Assembly: GCA_018647505.1 (NCBI GenBank)
Contig: JABGSX010000041.1
Span: 1-62,226 of the forward strand
Direction of reading: 5' to 3'
Length of the DNA stretch: 62,226 bases
Origin: a bacterium
GTDB lineage: Bacteria; Babelota; Babeliae; Babelales; JABGSX01
The stretch's first letter is position 1, and each line of letters starts with the position of its first letter. The position numbers were made by a program, and so were the translations under genes. Positions 19,692 through 29,348 of the stretch are shown one piece after another. The notes beneath the pieces are model-generated. The model was given only the letters and a program-made list of their open reading frames with translations, had not been told where the DNA came from and made no database searches.

Positions 19692-20705
19692 ATGGCAAGT
19701 GAAAAAAAAGATATCATTTTAACGGGTGATCGGCCGACAGGGCCATTGCACCTTGGGCATTATGTAGGTTCTCTTGAAAATCGCATTATTTTACAAGAAA
19801 AATACAAACAATATGTTATGCTTGCGGATCTTCAAGCGCTTACGGATAACGCTGGAAACCCAGCGAAGGTCACGAATAATGTTTTGCAAGTAGCCCTTGA
19901 TTATTTGGCCGTAGGAATTGATCCTCAAAAAACCACCTGTTTTATCCAGTCAATGATTCCACAACTTGGTGAAATAACAATGTACTATTTAAATTTAGTA
20001 ACAGTTAGTCGGCTAGAACGTAATCCTACTGTAAAGTCAGAAATTAAAGAACGAGGATTTGAAAAAAGTATTCCTGCGGGTTTTTTAACCTATCCTGTTA
20101 GTCAGGCTGCTGATATTACTTTTGTTAAAGCCACATTGGTTCCCGTTGGAGAGGATCAAAAACCTATGGTTGAGCAAACAAATGAGATTGTAAGAGCTTT
20201 TAATAGGACTTATAATACAGATGTTCTTGTTGAGGCTAAGGCCATTATCCCAAAGGTTTCTAGACTTTCTGGTATCGACGGCAAAGACAAAATGAGCAAG
20301 TCCCTTGGTAATGCTATTTACTTGTCTGATTCTCCAGATGATATTTCTAAAAAAGTCATGAGCATGTACACCGATCCAGATCATATTCGAGTTGAAGACC
20401 CAGGAAAAATTGAGGGAAACGCGGTATTTACATATCTTGATGTGTTTGATTCGGACAAGAAAAAAGTAGAAGAGTTGAAGAATCATTACAAAAAAGGTGG
20501 CCTTGGTGATGTGAAAGTCAAGCGCTATCTGATTGATGTTCTTGAAAGCTTTTTGGTTCCAATTCGTAAGCGCCGGGAAGAATTTGCAAAAGATCCAGCT
20601 CAGGTTATGGATATTTTGTTTAAGGGAACGAAAGAAACGGAGATTGTTGCGCAGCAGACACTTTCTGAAATTAAAGAAGCAATGGGAATTAATTACAAAA
20701 AATAG
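19692..20705 (+). CDS. trpS: tryptophan--tRNA ligase
   Basis: HIGH-type motif (GPLHLGHY) and KMSKS are present. ATG 19692 ([17 protein letters not shown]) is preceded by AAGAGGA. The 31 codons upstream in the track ORF span a terminator. Confidence 0.95.
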   Translation: MASEKKDIILTGDRPTGPLHLGHYVGSLENRIILQEKYKQYVMLADLQALTDNAGNPAKVTNNVLQVALDYLAVGIDPQKTTCFIQSMIPQLGEITMYYLNLVTVSRLERNPTVKSEIKERGFEKSIPAGFLTYPVSQAADITFVKATLVPVGEDQKPMVEQTNEIVRAFNRTYNTDVLVEAKAIIPKVSRLSGIDGKDKMSKSLGNAIYLSDSPDDISKKVMSMYTDPDHIRVEDPGKIEGNAVFTYLDVFDSDKKKVEELKNHYKKGGLGDVKVKRYLIDVLESFLVPIRKRREEFAKDPAQVMDILFKGTKETEIVAQQTLSEIKEAMGINYKK

Positions 20706-20941
20706 TGTGTGGTGACAATTTTTGGTCGTTACATTTTGTCATTGTAGGTGAAGCTCAGGACATTATTATTTATGCGAATATGTCTTGTGCAGTTTGATGT
20801 AAACACAATATTTAAATTGGTCTTTTGCGGTGTAATGTGTTTAATCACGGCTTTCTATATGACCATTTTTTCTAAGAAATCACTTTCTATGCTATTTTGC
20901 GTGGCAAAGTAAAGAAAATACTATTACGTTGGTGTGTCGTT

Positions 20942-21040
20942 GGGCATCACAACGTAAACACAGCTCTTTTTTTTACATTGATATTTTGTACCGCGTAGCG
21001 GGGCATCACAACTCAAGTAAAAAAAACTCTTTTTTTTACA
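20942..21040. repeat. two tandem ~60-nt units (GGGCATCACAAC … CTCTTTTTTTTACA)
   Basis: Unit 1 is at 20942-20977 and unit 2 at 21001-21040. They share GGGCATCACAAC at the 5' end and CTC-T8-ACA at the 3' end. They lie in a 390-nt non-coding gap. Confidence 0.5.
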
Positions 21041-21095
21041 AATTGAACTATGTTATCATAATCTTGAGTTAAAAAAAGAAGGGAAAGGGGAGAAT

Positions 21096-21719
21096 ATGAA
21101 AGTGAATATTGTACGCACTCGCGTTTCGAAAAAAAAATCTGATCTTGTTTTTGCATATTGGTTGCCTGTTTTGACCGGCATCCTTTTTTTTGCTTTATTT
21201 GGAATTGCCGTTTTTAATCTTATCTACAGGACAAAAACAATCGGGAATGAAATTATTTCACACGATGTAAGACAATTAGTCCAAATATTCAAAAAAATTG
21301 ATCATGATTGTAATATTGCCGGATTTGATTACCAAAAAAATAATATTGATTATTTAAACGTTGGCTCATTTGAGGGTTCTGAAATTGGCTCTCTTGATCT
21401 AAAGTATCCAAGTAATTGGAAGGGGCCATACGTCAAAGATAATCCAACGATACAAAATAAGGCCTACCAGGTTGTACAAACAAGGTTTGGACACTTTATT
21501 GTGCCAGGTGATGGCGTCAAGTTGAGTGATGGCAAAATAATAGGAAAAGATATTGTTTTAAATGAAAAAGCTGATGTTGAAAGAATGACTGCAAAAGGTG
21601 GTCCTCTAAATCAAGGAGGAGCTTCTCTTGCCGCTAAGCTTGAAATTGGAGATAATCTTTTTTCTAGCAATGTCGACAAGTCTATTGCCGTTTCTGTCCA
21701 GGGAGTACGCTGGTTTTAG
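21096..21719 (+). CDS. hypothetical membrane-anchored protein (weak pseudopilin-like features)
   Basis: 207 aa. A basic leader is followed by one hydrophobic helix. GGGGAG SD lies upstream. C-terminal motifs NWKGPYVKD and GHFIVPGDG resemble GspG-type pseudopilins. Confidence 0.5.
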   Translation: MKVNIVRTRVSKKKSDLVFAYWLPVLTGILFFALFGIAVFNLIYRTKTIGNEIISHDVRQLVQIFKKIDHDCNIAGFDYQKNNIDYLNVGSFEGSEIGSLDLKYPSNWKGPYVKDNPTIQNKAYQVVQTRFGHFIVPGDGVKLSDGKIIGKDIVLNEKADVERMTAKGGPLNQGGASLAAKLEIGDNLFSSNVDKSIAVSVQGVRWF

Positions 21720-21741
21720 ATTGTGTTTATTTTAGACAAAA

Positions 21742-21778
21742 AAGAAGCCCCGCAAAATATTTGCAGAGCTTCTTTTTT
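21742..21778. terminator. bidirectional terminator between convergent genes
   Basis: An imperfect long hairpin, AAGAAGC…GCAAA / TTTGC…GCTTCTT, flanked by an A-run (5') and a T-run (3'). Confidence 0.55.
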
Positions 21779-21797
21779 GTTGTTGTGTTAGTAATTT

Positions 21798-22436
21798 TTA
21801 TGCAACAGTCCTAAATTCTTTTGCTTTAAAAAGTTCAACATACTCTGCGTCTGTTCTGCGTTGAGCTTCAATTTTTCTTAATAACCACTTTCCGCCATCA
21901 AACATTGCGCTTGCGGTAAATCCTGTAGCACAGCCTGCTACAATAGTTCGCACTGGAGTCTCTGGAAGTACATTCGCAATAGCTGTAAAGTCTGTATCCC
22001 AAGCAACAAGTGCTTCTCGAACTGAAGTTGTTGTTATAGATGATATATATGGAAGTTTTTCAAGTTGTGGTGCAAGTTGCCATGCTGTAATACTTATCCC
22101 TAATGTTTTTGCAAAATCGAGACTCACGTCAGTTGCTGTTGGAAGTAGTTGTCTTTTGGTTGGGAAAACTATTCCTTTCATCCATGTATATGAATGTGTT
22201 GCTGCGGTGCTTGCTGTTGCGTCAATTGTAATTTCACAGATCTGTCTTATGTTTCCATCTCCGAGTCTATCGCGGACTCTTTTTGTGGCAACAGATCGTA
22301 TTGCTGAAGCATATATGCATGACAGTCCCATTGGTAAGATAAAATCAGAGGCTCGTTCAAAAAGACCTCTTTTATCTGCTCCTGATATAGACAATGGCGC
22401 AATTGCAATAAGAGCCGCCAAAATTAATTTTTTCAT
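21798..22436 (-). CDS. hypothetical secreted protein
   Basis: 212 aa with signal peptide MKKLILAALIAIAPLSISGA. No recognisable domain. Confidence 0.6.
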   Translation of the reverse strand: MKKLILAALIAIAPLSISGADKRGLFERASDFILPMGLSCIYASAIRSVATKRVRDRLGDGNIRQICEITIDATASTAATHSYTWMKGIVFPTKRQLLPTATDVSLDFAKTLGISITAWQLAPQLEKLPYISSITTTSVREALVAWDTDFTAIANVLPETPVRTIVAGCATGFTASAMFDGGKWLLRKIEAQRRTDAEYVELFKAKEFRTVA

Positions 22437-22518
22437 GATTTATAACCTCCACAAAAAATAAAATTAGTTACATCTCTTAATGTATAGAAAAGACAAAAAA
22501 TGTCAAATAGAAATTGCG

Positions 22519-24786
22519 CTAGGCTTTTGTTATAAACTTTGCATCGATTTTTTTCTGACCGATTTTGAATTTTATTGTCAGGTACGTTTTGCTTTCACTC
22601 TTTTTTTCTACTTTTTTAATAAGGCCCATTCCAAATGTTGTATGTTTGACTGGCTGGTTTATTTTCCATGCGCCAGTAAGTGATGGGGCCGCATTATTTT
22701 TTGAAAATTGATTTATATTTATAGTTGGTCTACCGAATGTTACAATTTTGGAAAATTTATTTTCTGGCTGTGGAATGTTTAACCAGTTCGATATTGTATA
22801 GTTGATTTCGTATGATGTTTTAAATACGCAGCTTTCGTTTTCAACCAGTTTGCTTGGAAGCTCATCTAAAAATCGGGATGGTAGTTGGTCTGTTGTTTGT
22901 CCATAGGTTGTGCGATATCGAGAATTAGTTAGAATAAGCCTGTCTTTTGCTCTGGTGATTCCCACGTAGAAAAGTCGACGTTCTTCTTCTATGGCCTCTT
23001 GGCTTTCCATTGAGCGTGTGCTTGGTAATATTCCTTCCTCTAGTCCCACAACCATAACCGTTTCAAATTCTAATCCTTTTGCAGCGTGTAGGGTCATTAG
23101 TTGTACCTTATCTTTCTTGTCGTCTTTATGTGTGCTTTGTTTTTGTAATAATGCAACATGGTCTAAAAATGCCGAAAGATTGTCTATTCCGTCGCGCTCA
23201 AAGAAATCTATTGCTTTTAGAAGTTCGTTTATATTTTCTACTTTTTGTTGTGCCTCTGTTTTTTCATAATGTTCGAACAAGTATTCAAAATAGTCTGTTT
23301 TGTCTAAAATTTCTTTGGCTATTTGTTTTGGAGAGGCGTCACGATCGATTGACTTGAATAAATTAATAAATTTTTCAACCGAGGATTTGTACATTTTTTT
23401 GAGATCATTTGATAGAAGAAGCTTTTGGAGTATTTGTTCAAAGGTTAAAAATGGTTCTTGTTGCCACATCTCAAGGCACATTTCTTCAAATTTTTTACCA
23501 AGTTTGCGAGGAGGACAATTTATTATTCTAAAAAATGCCACTCGATCAAACGGGTTTACGGCAATGCGCATGTATGCAACAAGATCCTTAACCTCTTTTC
23601 GTTCATAAAATTGTATTCCTCCAATTATTTTGTAAGGAATCGATTTTTTAATAAGTGCTTCTTCGATAGAGCGTGATTGAAAGTGGTTCCTGTATAAAAT
23701 TGCATTTGAACTAAGAGGGTGTTCTTCTTTTGATATTTCGAGGAAAGAGGATAAAAAATCACCTTCTTGGTACTCAGATGAGAATGTAAAAAACCGTATA
23801 CAGTTGTCGCCTTTTTTGTTTGACCAAAGATTTTTTTTGTGTCGGTTTTTGTTGTGTGAAATAATATGGTTTGCGACATCAAGTATTGGTTTGGCTGATC
23901 GATAATTTTGTTCAAGTTTTATTACGTGTGTCTTTAGAAAGTCTTTTTCAAAATTTTGAATATTTTCTACAGTTGCGCCGCGCCATGAGTAAATTGACTG
24001 GTCTTCATCCCCAACTACGCAAACAGAATCAGCGGTTTGTTTCCCGTCTTTATCTTTGGACATCTGGTTTAGCAGCAGATGTTGTACAATGTTTGTGTCT
24101 TGATATTCATCAACAAGTATATGTTTTACTGTATTATTGAATCGTTTTTTAAATTCTGGTTGATTTTTAAAGAGTCTAACAACTTCTAAAAGTAAATCGT
24201 CAAAGTCAAAGGCATTGCAGGCACGTTTTTCTTCCTCATAAACGTGGAACATCTCTTTTACTATTGGGTCATAAGCATCAAAAACCGATGAGCCTTCGTC
24301 CAAGGTCAAATTGTTTTTGATGTAAGAAATGGTATATGCAAGGTTTCTTGGGGTAATTTTTTGGTTTGAATTTGATCGTTTTAAAATGTCTGTGAGCAAC
24401 TTGTGTTGGTCGTCGGCATCAAAAATGGAAAAAGTTGGATGCGCAAGAAGATGGCTGTTTCTTTTTAGTATCTGTAGACAGTATGAGTGAAATGTTCCAA
24501 CAAAAGGCAATAATTGTGTGTCCCCTAAAAATGACGAGACACGTTCGCGCATTTCTTTTGCTGCTTTGTTGGTGAATGTTAGCGCAATAAGCTGGTGCGG
24601 CTCAACATTTTCATTTAGTATAAGATGTGTAATCCGTGCAGTTATTACCCGAGTTTTACCTGATCCTGCGCCAGCTATTACCAAAATGGTTCCGTTTTTA
24701 TTTGTAACGGCTTTTTGTTGTTGTTTGTTTAGTTGGTTGTATAAAAATTCTTCAAAGTTGTTATTCATGTGATTTTCTTTTTCCAT
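22519..24786 (-). CDS. pcrA: ATP-dependent DNA helicase, UvrD/PcrA family
   Basis: 755 aa with Walker A AGAGSGKTRV, motif II VDEYQDTN and later SF1 motifs (LMTLHAAKGLEF, YVGITRAK). The alternative start ATG 24768 forms an ATGA overlap with the hflX stop. Confidence 0.93.
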   Translation of the reverse strand: MEKENHMNNNFEEFLYNQLNKQQQKAVTNKNGTILVIAGAGSGKTRVITARITHLILNENVEPHQLIALTFTNKAAKEMRERVSSFLGDTQLLPFVGTFHSYCLQILKRNSHLLAHPTFSIFDADDQHKLLTDILKRSNSNQKITPRNLAYTISYIKNNLTLDEGSSVFDAYDPIVKEMFHVYEEEKRACNAFDFDDLLLEVVRLFKNQPEFKKRFNNTVKHILVDEYQDTNIVQHLLLNQMSKDKDGKQTADSVCVVGDEDQSIYSWRGATVENIQNFEKDFLKTHVIKLEQNYRSAKPILDVANHIISHNKNRHKKNLWSNKKGDNCIRFFTFSSEYQEGDFLSSFLEISKEEHPLSSNAILYRNHFQSRSIEEALIKKSIPYKIIGGIQFYERKEVKDLVAYMRIAVNPFDRVAFFRIINCPPRKLGKKFEEMCLEMWQQEPFLTFEQILQKLLLSNDLKKMYKSSVEKFINLFKSIDRDASPKQIAKEILDKTDYFEYLFEHYEKTEAQQKVENINELLKAIDFFERDGIDNLSAFLDHVALLQKQSTHKDDKKDKVQLMTLHAAKGLEFETVMVVGLEEGILPSTRSMESQEAIEEERRLFYVGITRAKDRLILTNSRYRTTYGQTTDQLPSRFLDELPSKLVENESCVFKTSYEINYTISNWLNIPQPENKFSKIVTFGRPTININQFSKNNAAPSLTGAWKINQPVKHTTFGMGLIKKVEKKSESKTYLTIKFKIGQKKIDAKFITKA

Positions 24787-25880
24787 TTCTCAAGATATTC
24801 TACCAATGGCTTTAGACCCTCTTTGCTTAGAGCGGAGGTGATAACGTGAGGCTTGTATTTAGACAATTCTTTTTTGATGTCGGCCGTGTTTTCGCACTTA
24901 TCTATTTTGTTAAAGACATAAAGAACGTTCTTGTCTATCTCAAGTTCTTCCAATATTTCATGAACAATTTTTATGTGCTCGTCCCAATTTGGATCGGAAA
25001 TATCAATAACGTGTATTAAAATGTCAGCATATTCAAGTTCGGAAAGAGTGGATTTAAATGCATCTATTAAGCTATGTGGAAGCATTTGAATAAATCCAAC
25101 AGTGTCTGAAATTAGGCCAACTTTCTCTTTATTTATGTATAACTGTCTTGTTGTTGTGTCTAAAGTTGCAAATAGCTTGTCTTCTGCCAATACATCGGCC
25201 TTTGCAAGGACATTCAAGATTGTGGATTTTCCAGAATTGGTATATCCAATTAAACACATAAAAGGTTCTTTGCTGTTTAGTCGACGTTTACGTTGTGTTT
25301 CTCGGGACTTTTGTATTTTTACCAATTGGGCCTTGAGTTTTAGGATGTATTCATGGATGTTTCTTGTTTCTTTTTCCTTGGATGTTTCTCCAGCTCCACC
25401 TCTAACCCCAATTCCTCCGGCTTGTTGTCCAAGGTGAACACCTTTTCCAGCCAGACGTGATTTTTTGTGTTGTAGTATTGCTATACGAACCTGAGTTTGG
25501 CCTTCTGCTGAGTGCGCGGCCTTTTGAAAGATCTCCAATATTAACTCAGTTCTGTCTGTTATATTGCATTCAAGATAATCTTCAAGGTTTCTTTTTTGCT
25601 GACTTGTTAGTGGCTCGGAGATAATTATGTCTACAAATTCATTTTTTTTGCAGAAAGCATCAAATTCCTCAAGTTTTCCTTTTGTGAAAAAGTAAGAATT
25701 GTCGATGTCTCGGAGTTTGATAAAAATTTTTTCGTCATATTTAATTTGATCGGTTCTTACCAGATTGATAAATTCTTCATAATAGGTGTCGATGTGCTTT
25801 GTTTTGTTGTATGGGGCATGTATTCCCACGATTAGTGTTTTTTGGTGGTAAAGTGTTTTTGTGCTTTTTGGTTTAACCAT
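24765..25880 (-). CDS. hflX: GTPase HflX
   Basis: 371 aa with an HflX N-terminal domain, G1 GYTNSGKST, G3 DTVGF and NKID. Confidence 0.93.
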   Translation of the reverse strand: MVKPKSTKTLYHQKTLIVGIHAPYNKTKHIDTYYEEFINLVRTDQIKYDEKIFIKLRDIDNSYFFTKGKLEEFDAFCKKNEFVDIIISEPLTSQQKRNLEDYLECNITDRTELILEIFQKAAHSAEGQTQVRIAILQHKKSRLAGKGVHLGQQAGGIGVRGGAGETSKEKETRNIHEYILKLKAQLVKIQKSRETQRKRRLNSKEPFMCLIGYTNSGKSTILNVLAKADVLAEDKLFATLDTTTRQLYINKEKVGLISDTVGFIQMLPHSLIDAFKSTLSELEYADILIHVIDISDPNWDEHIKIVHEILEELEIDKNVLYVFNKIDKCENTADIKKELSKYKPHVITSALSKEGLKPLVEYLEKWKKKIT

Positions 25881-26056
25881 AATTTGCCTATCCTGTTTCC
25901 TCTTTTGGTTTTTTATTATTTTTGTTTCAGCATATCAATTTTTCTGTTTTTTGTTACACTGGTCAGCAGATTTCTCTTGTATTTCCATTATTATTTTGTT
26001 TGATATTTCCCGGCTTATGCTGGGTTTGTAGTTGGTGAATAAAAACAAGGACTTTT

Positions 26057-27391
26057 ATGTTTAATCTTTTGTCAGAAAAATTTTCATCCATTTTTTCTAG
26101 ACTTACAGGAAAAGGAAGCTTGTCGGAGCAAAATATTTCCGAAGCCTTGGATAAGGTAAAGGACGCTCTTTTAGAGGCGGATGTTCCATTGAATGTTGTT
26201 GAATCTTTTATTGACGAGGTTAAGCAAGAATCTGTAGGACAAAAAGTTTTAAAGTCATTAAAGCCGACAGAGCAGTTTATAAAATCTGTACATGACAAGT
26301 TGCTGGTGTTTTTGGGTGGGAAACAGGAAGATTTTTCTTTTAAAATACCCTCTATTGTGATGGTAATGGGGCTGCAAGGTTCTGGTAAAACTACGTCTCT
26401 TTCAAAGTTTGCTGCATACATAAACAAAAAAGCAAAGGCAAAGAAAAAGCACAGAAAGATTTTGTTCGCTTCGGTTGATTATCAAAGGCCGGCGGCGTTA
26501 GAGCAGTTAAAAGTTCTTGCTGATCAAACGGGCGTTGATTATTATCAATCGGGCAAAACAGATCCAGTCGAGGCTTCTGGGGACATAGTTGATCATTTTA
26601 AGAAGCACCAATACGAGTTTTTATTTTTAGATACGGCTGGAAGATTGCATGTTGATAAAAATCTTCTTGAACAATTGAAAGAAATTAATGATCGAGTTCG
26701 TCCTGATTATAAACTGCTTGTACTTGATTCAATGACTGGTCAAGAGTCCCTCGCCGTTGCAAAAGCGTTTGAACAAAGTGTTGGGTTTGACCGAGTAATG
26801 CTAACCAAGATGGATAGTGATACGCGTGGTGGGGCAGCATTTGCATTTAGATATGCTCTTAAAAAACCAATCACATTTCTAGGAGTTGGAGAAAAGCCAG
26901 AAGACCTGGAATTATTTAGGCCCGAAAGAGTTGCTAATCGAATTTTAGGAATGGGCGATATTGTCAGTTTGGTGGAAAAAGCTGAGGAAACAATCAAAAA
27001 AGATGAGCAAGAGCGGTTATCAAAATCGTTAATGCAAGGTAAAATGACGCTAGATGATTTTGCGCAGCAACTTGATATGATGAGTAAACTTGGTTCGCTA
27101 TCAAATGTTACAAAATATTTGCCTGGTGCAGCAACGCAGAAACTTACCCCTGAAATGCTTGAAAAAGGCGAGCAAGAAATGAAAAATTTTAAGGCTATCC
27201 TGTGTTCTATGACAAGGAAAGAGAAAATATTTCCTGAGCTGTTTGATGCGTCTCGAAGGAAAAGGATAGCTAAAGGGGCAGGTGTGCAAGTGTCGGATGT
27301 TAATAATTTGATGCGTAAATTTGAACAAAGTCAGCAATTTGCTAAACTATTTAAGAAGTTTGGTAAATTCCAAAAGTTTTTCAAACGGTAG
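26057..27391 (+). CDS. ffh: signal recognition particle protein
   Basis: 444 aa with GLQGSGKTT, DTAGR, TKMD and a Met-rich M domain. Confidence 0.97.
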   Translation: MFNLLSEKFSSIFSRLTGKGSLSEQNISEALDKVKDALLEADVPLNVVESFIDEVKQESVGQKVLKSLKPTEQFIKSVHDKLLVFLGGKQEDFSFKIPSIVMVMGLQGSGKTTSLSKFAAYINKKAKAKKKHRKILFASVDYQRPAALEQLKVLADQTGVDYYQSGKTDPVEASGDIVDHFKKHQYEFLFLDTAGRLHVDKNLLEQLKEINDRVRPDYKLLVLDSMTGQESLAVAKAFEQSVGFDRVMLTKMDSDTRGGAAFAFRYALKKPITFLGVGEKPEDLELFRPERVANRILGMGDIVSLVEKAEETIKKDEQERLSKSLMQGKMTLDDFAQQLDMMSKLGSLSNVTKYLPGAATQKLTPEMLEKGEQEMKNFKAILCSMTRKEKIFPELFDASRRKRIAKGAGVQVSDVNNLMRKFEQSQQFAKLFKKFGKFQKFFKR

Positions 27392-27430
27392 AAAAATTAA
27401 AACAAATACAGGTTATTGAAGGAATTTTTA

Positions 27431-27685
27431 ATGTCGGTAAAGATCCGTTTATCTCGATGTGGTAGAAAGAAAAGGCCGTTTTTTAGATTGGTAGCAATTG
27501 ATACCAGAAAAAAAAGAGACGGGGCGTATTTGGAAAATCTTGGAACTTATGACCCTTTTTCACATGAGTTGATACAGTTTCACAAAGAGCGCATAGATCA
27601 TTGGCTTTCTGTTGGAGCACTGTTTACAGACTCTGCAGCAAAACTATACAAAATGCATAGCAAGCAAAAACCTGCTGCAAAATAA
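27431..27685 (+). CDS. rpsP: 30S ribosomal protein S16
   Basis: MSVKIRLSRCGRKKRPFFRLVA is the canonical S16 N-terminus, so ATG 27431 is used rather than the track TTG 27416. Confidence 0.93.
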   Translation: MSVKIRLSRCGRKKRPFFRLVAIDTRKKRDGAYLENLGTYDPFSHELIQFHKERIDHWLSVGALFTDSAAKLYKMHSKQKPAAK

Positions 27686-27714
27686 AATCTTAAAATCATT
27701 AAGAAGAAAAAATT

Positions 27715-27951
27715 ATGTTGCGTTTATTAATTGAGTTTGCTGTAAAAAAGCTTGTGCTCAATCCTAGCAAAGTTTATATTTCTGAAACGATAGATGGTCC
27801 GCGTAGTATTATTGAAATTCGCGTTCATCCTGACGATGTTGGAAAAGTAATTGGGAAAGAGGGTAGGTCTATAAAAGCTCTTCGCGTTCTTGCTGAGTCG
27901 GTTGCGACGTCTCATGGAATGGAATCGATTTTGGATGTTTTAGGTTCATGA
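27715..27951 (+). CDS. KH-domain RNA-binding protein (YlqC/UPF0109-like)
   Basis: 78 aa with the GxxG KH loop VIGKEGRSIKALRVL. It occupies the conserved slot after rpsP. Confidence 0.85.
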   Translation: MLRLLIEFAVKKLVLNPSKVYISETIDGPRSIIEIRVHPDDVGKVIGKEGRSIKALRVLAESVATSHGMESILDVLGS

Positions 27952-29255
27952 ACATTTCTATTCTTACTGTTTTTTCTCAAATTTATGATTCATTTTTGCA
28001 AACCAGTTTGATAAAACGGGCGCAAGAGGCTGGAACTGTTTCTTTTGATATTCAAGAGTTTTTTTCTTTTTGCGAGCCTAAAGAGCGAATTGACTCGCCA
28101 ACGTTTGGGCATGGGGCTGGGATGGTTATAAAGCCTGAGGTTGTTCAAAAGGCTGTTGAAAAGCAGGAGACAAAGCACGGAAAAGCATTCAAAATATTTT
28201 TGTCCCCGCAGGGAAAAAAACTTGATCAAACGCTGGCCAAAAAACTTTCACAAAAATTTTTAGAAACAAAACATGTAATGCTTATTTCCTCAAGATATGA
28301 GGGAATGGACTCTCGTGTAGAGGAATATTATGCCGATGAATCAGTCTCCGTTGGAGATGTGGTTTTGATGGGTGGTGATGTTCCGACAATGATGTTGCTT
28401 GAAACGGTTCTTAGATATGTTCCTGGAGTTGTTGGCAAACAGGAATCGGTTGAGTATGAATCATTTTCTGGTCCGTTTGTTGATTATCCACAGTATGCCG
28501 CTCCGGTTGAGTGGAATGGTATTAAAGTGCCAGATATTGTACGCTCTGGCGATCATGGAAAAGTTTCTGAATGGAGAGAGGCAAAAGCAGCAGAAAAAAC
28601 TGTTAAAGGGCACTTTGAATGGCTTAGGTCACATCTTATGACTGATGAGCAAAAAAGCTTAGCCGCATCATTTATTCCCTCTCATTATGTTGTGTTGATG
28701 CATGATGAAATTTTGCTTGAAAAAGGTCGAGTTGGTACAACATCAGTTGCATCACTGGATATTCATGACATTGCTCGTTCATCACGAACCTATGGATTAA
28801 AAAAATATTTTATTGTTACTCCGCTTGAGGATCAGCAAAAAATTATACAAAAGCTTCTTTCTTTTTGGGATTCCGATGTTGGCAAGACATATAATAGGGG
28901 GCGGCATGATGCAGTAAGCCGTGTTTGTATTGAGCCATCTTTGCAGGATGTTTTAAAAAGAATCGAAGAAGAAGAAGGAAAAAATCCTGTAATTATTTCA
29001 ACCTCTGCGCAGGAATCGGATTTGTCTAACCCTATTAACTATTATGATCAGGAAAAGGTCTGGAGCTTAGATAGGCCGGTTTTATTTGTGTTGGGGACAG
29101 GAAGAGGGCTAAGTGAAAAAGTTATAAAAAAGAGTGATTTTGTATTATTGCCAATTAATGGATTTTCTAATTTTAATCATTTGTCTGTGCGTTCAGCGGC
29201 AGCTATTATTTTTGATAGATGGTTTGGAATTAGCACAAAGGGTGAGCATTCTTGA
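27948..29255 (+). CDS. trmD: tRNA (guanine37-N1)-methyltransferase TrmD fused to a C-terminal TM1570-like SPOUT domain
   Basis: 435 aa. Residues 1-235 are TrmD (SSRYEGMDSRV, MGGDVPTMMLLE, VPDIVRSGDHGKV). Residues ~246-435 form a second domain (TTSVASLDIHDIARSSRTYGLKKYFIVTP … NHLSVRSAAAIIFDR). The start forms an ATGA overlap with the upstream stop. Confidence 0.9.
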   Translation: MNISILTVFSQIYDSFLQTSLIKRAQEAGTVSFDIQEFFSFCEPKERIDSPTFGHGAGMVIKPEVVQKAVEKQETKHGKAFKIFLSPQGKKLDQTLAKKLSQKFLETKHVMLISSRYEGMDSRVEEYYADESVSVGDVVLMGGDVPTMMLLETVLRYVPGVVGKQESVEYESFSGPFVDYPQYAAPVEWNGIKVPDIVRSGDHGKVSEWREAKAAEKTVKGHFEWLRSHLMTDEQKSLAASFIPSHYVVLMHDEILLEKGRVGTTSVASLDIHDIARSSRTYGLKKYFIVTPLEDQQKIIQKLLSFWDSDVGKTYNRGRHDAVSRVCIEPSLQDVLKRIEEEEGKNPVIISTSAQESDLSNPINYYDQEKVWSLDRPVLFVLGTGRGLSEKVIKKSDFVLLPINGFSNFNHLSVRSAAAIIFDRWFGISTKGEHS

Positions 29256-29348
29256 TTGGCAGATTACTGTTTTTTCTGTATAGTAAATGATACTAGTAAT
29301 TTAAGATTTTTAATTAAAACTGCAGGACGATTAAGGGATAAACCGACG

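Noticed and set aside
20772-20912. A 46-aa hydrophobic ORF (MRICLVQFDVNTIFKLVFCGVMCLITAFYMTIFSKKSLSMLFCVAK) in the trpS-downstream gap.
   Set aside because: No SD lies within 5-10 nt. It could still be a small membrane peptide or toxin-like ORF, but there is nothing beyond hydrophobicity to support it.
25963-26427. A 154-aa minus-strand ORF spanning the hflX/ffh intergenic region and the ffh 5' end.
   Set aside because: It is antisense to the well-supported ffh gene. It has no SD and is Cys/Ser/Phe-rich with no domain.
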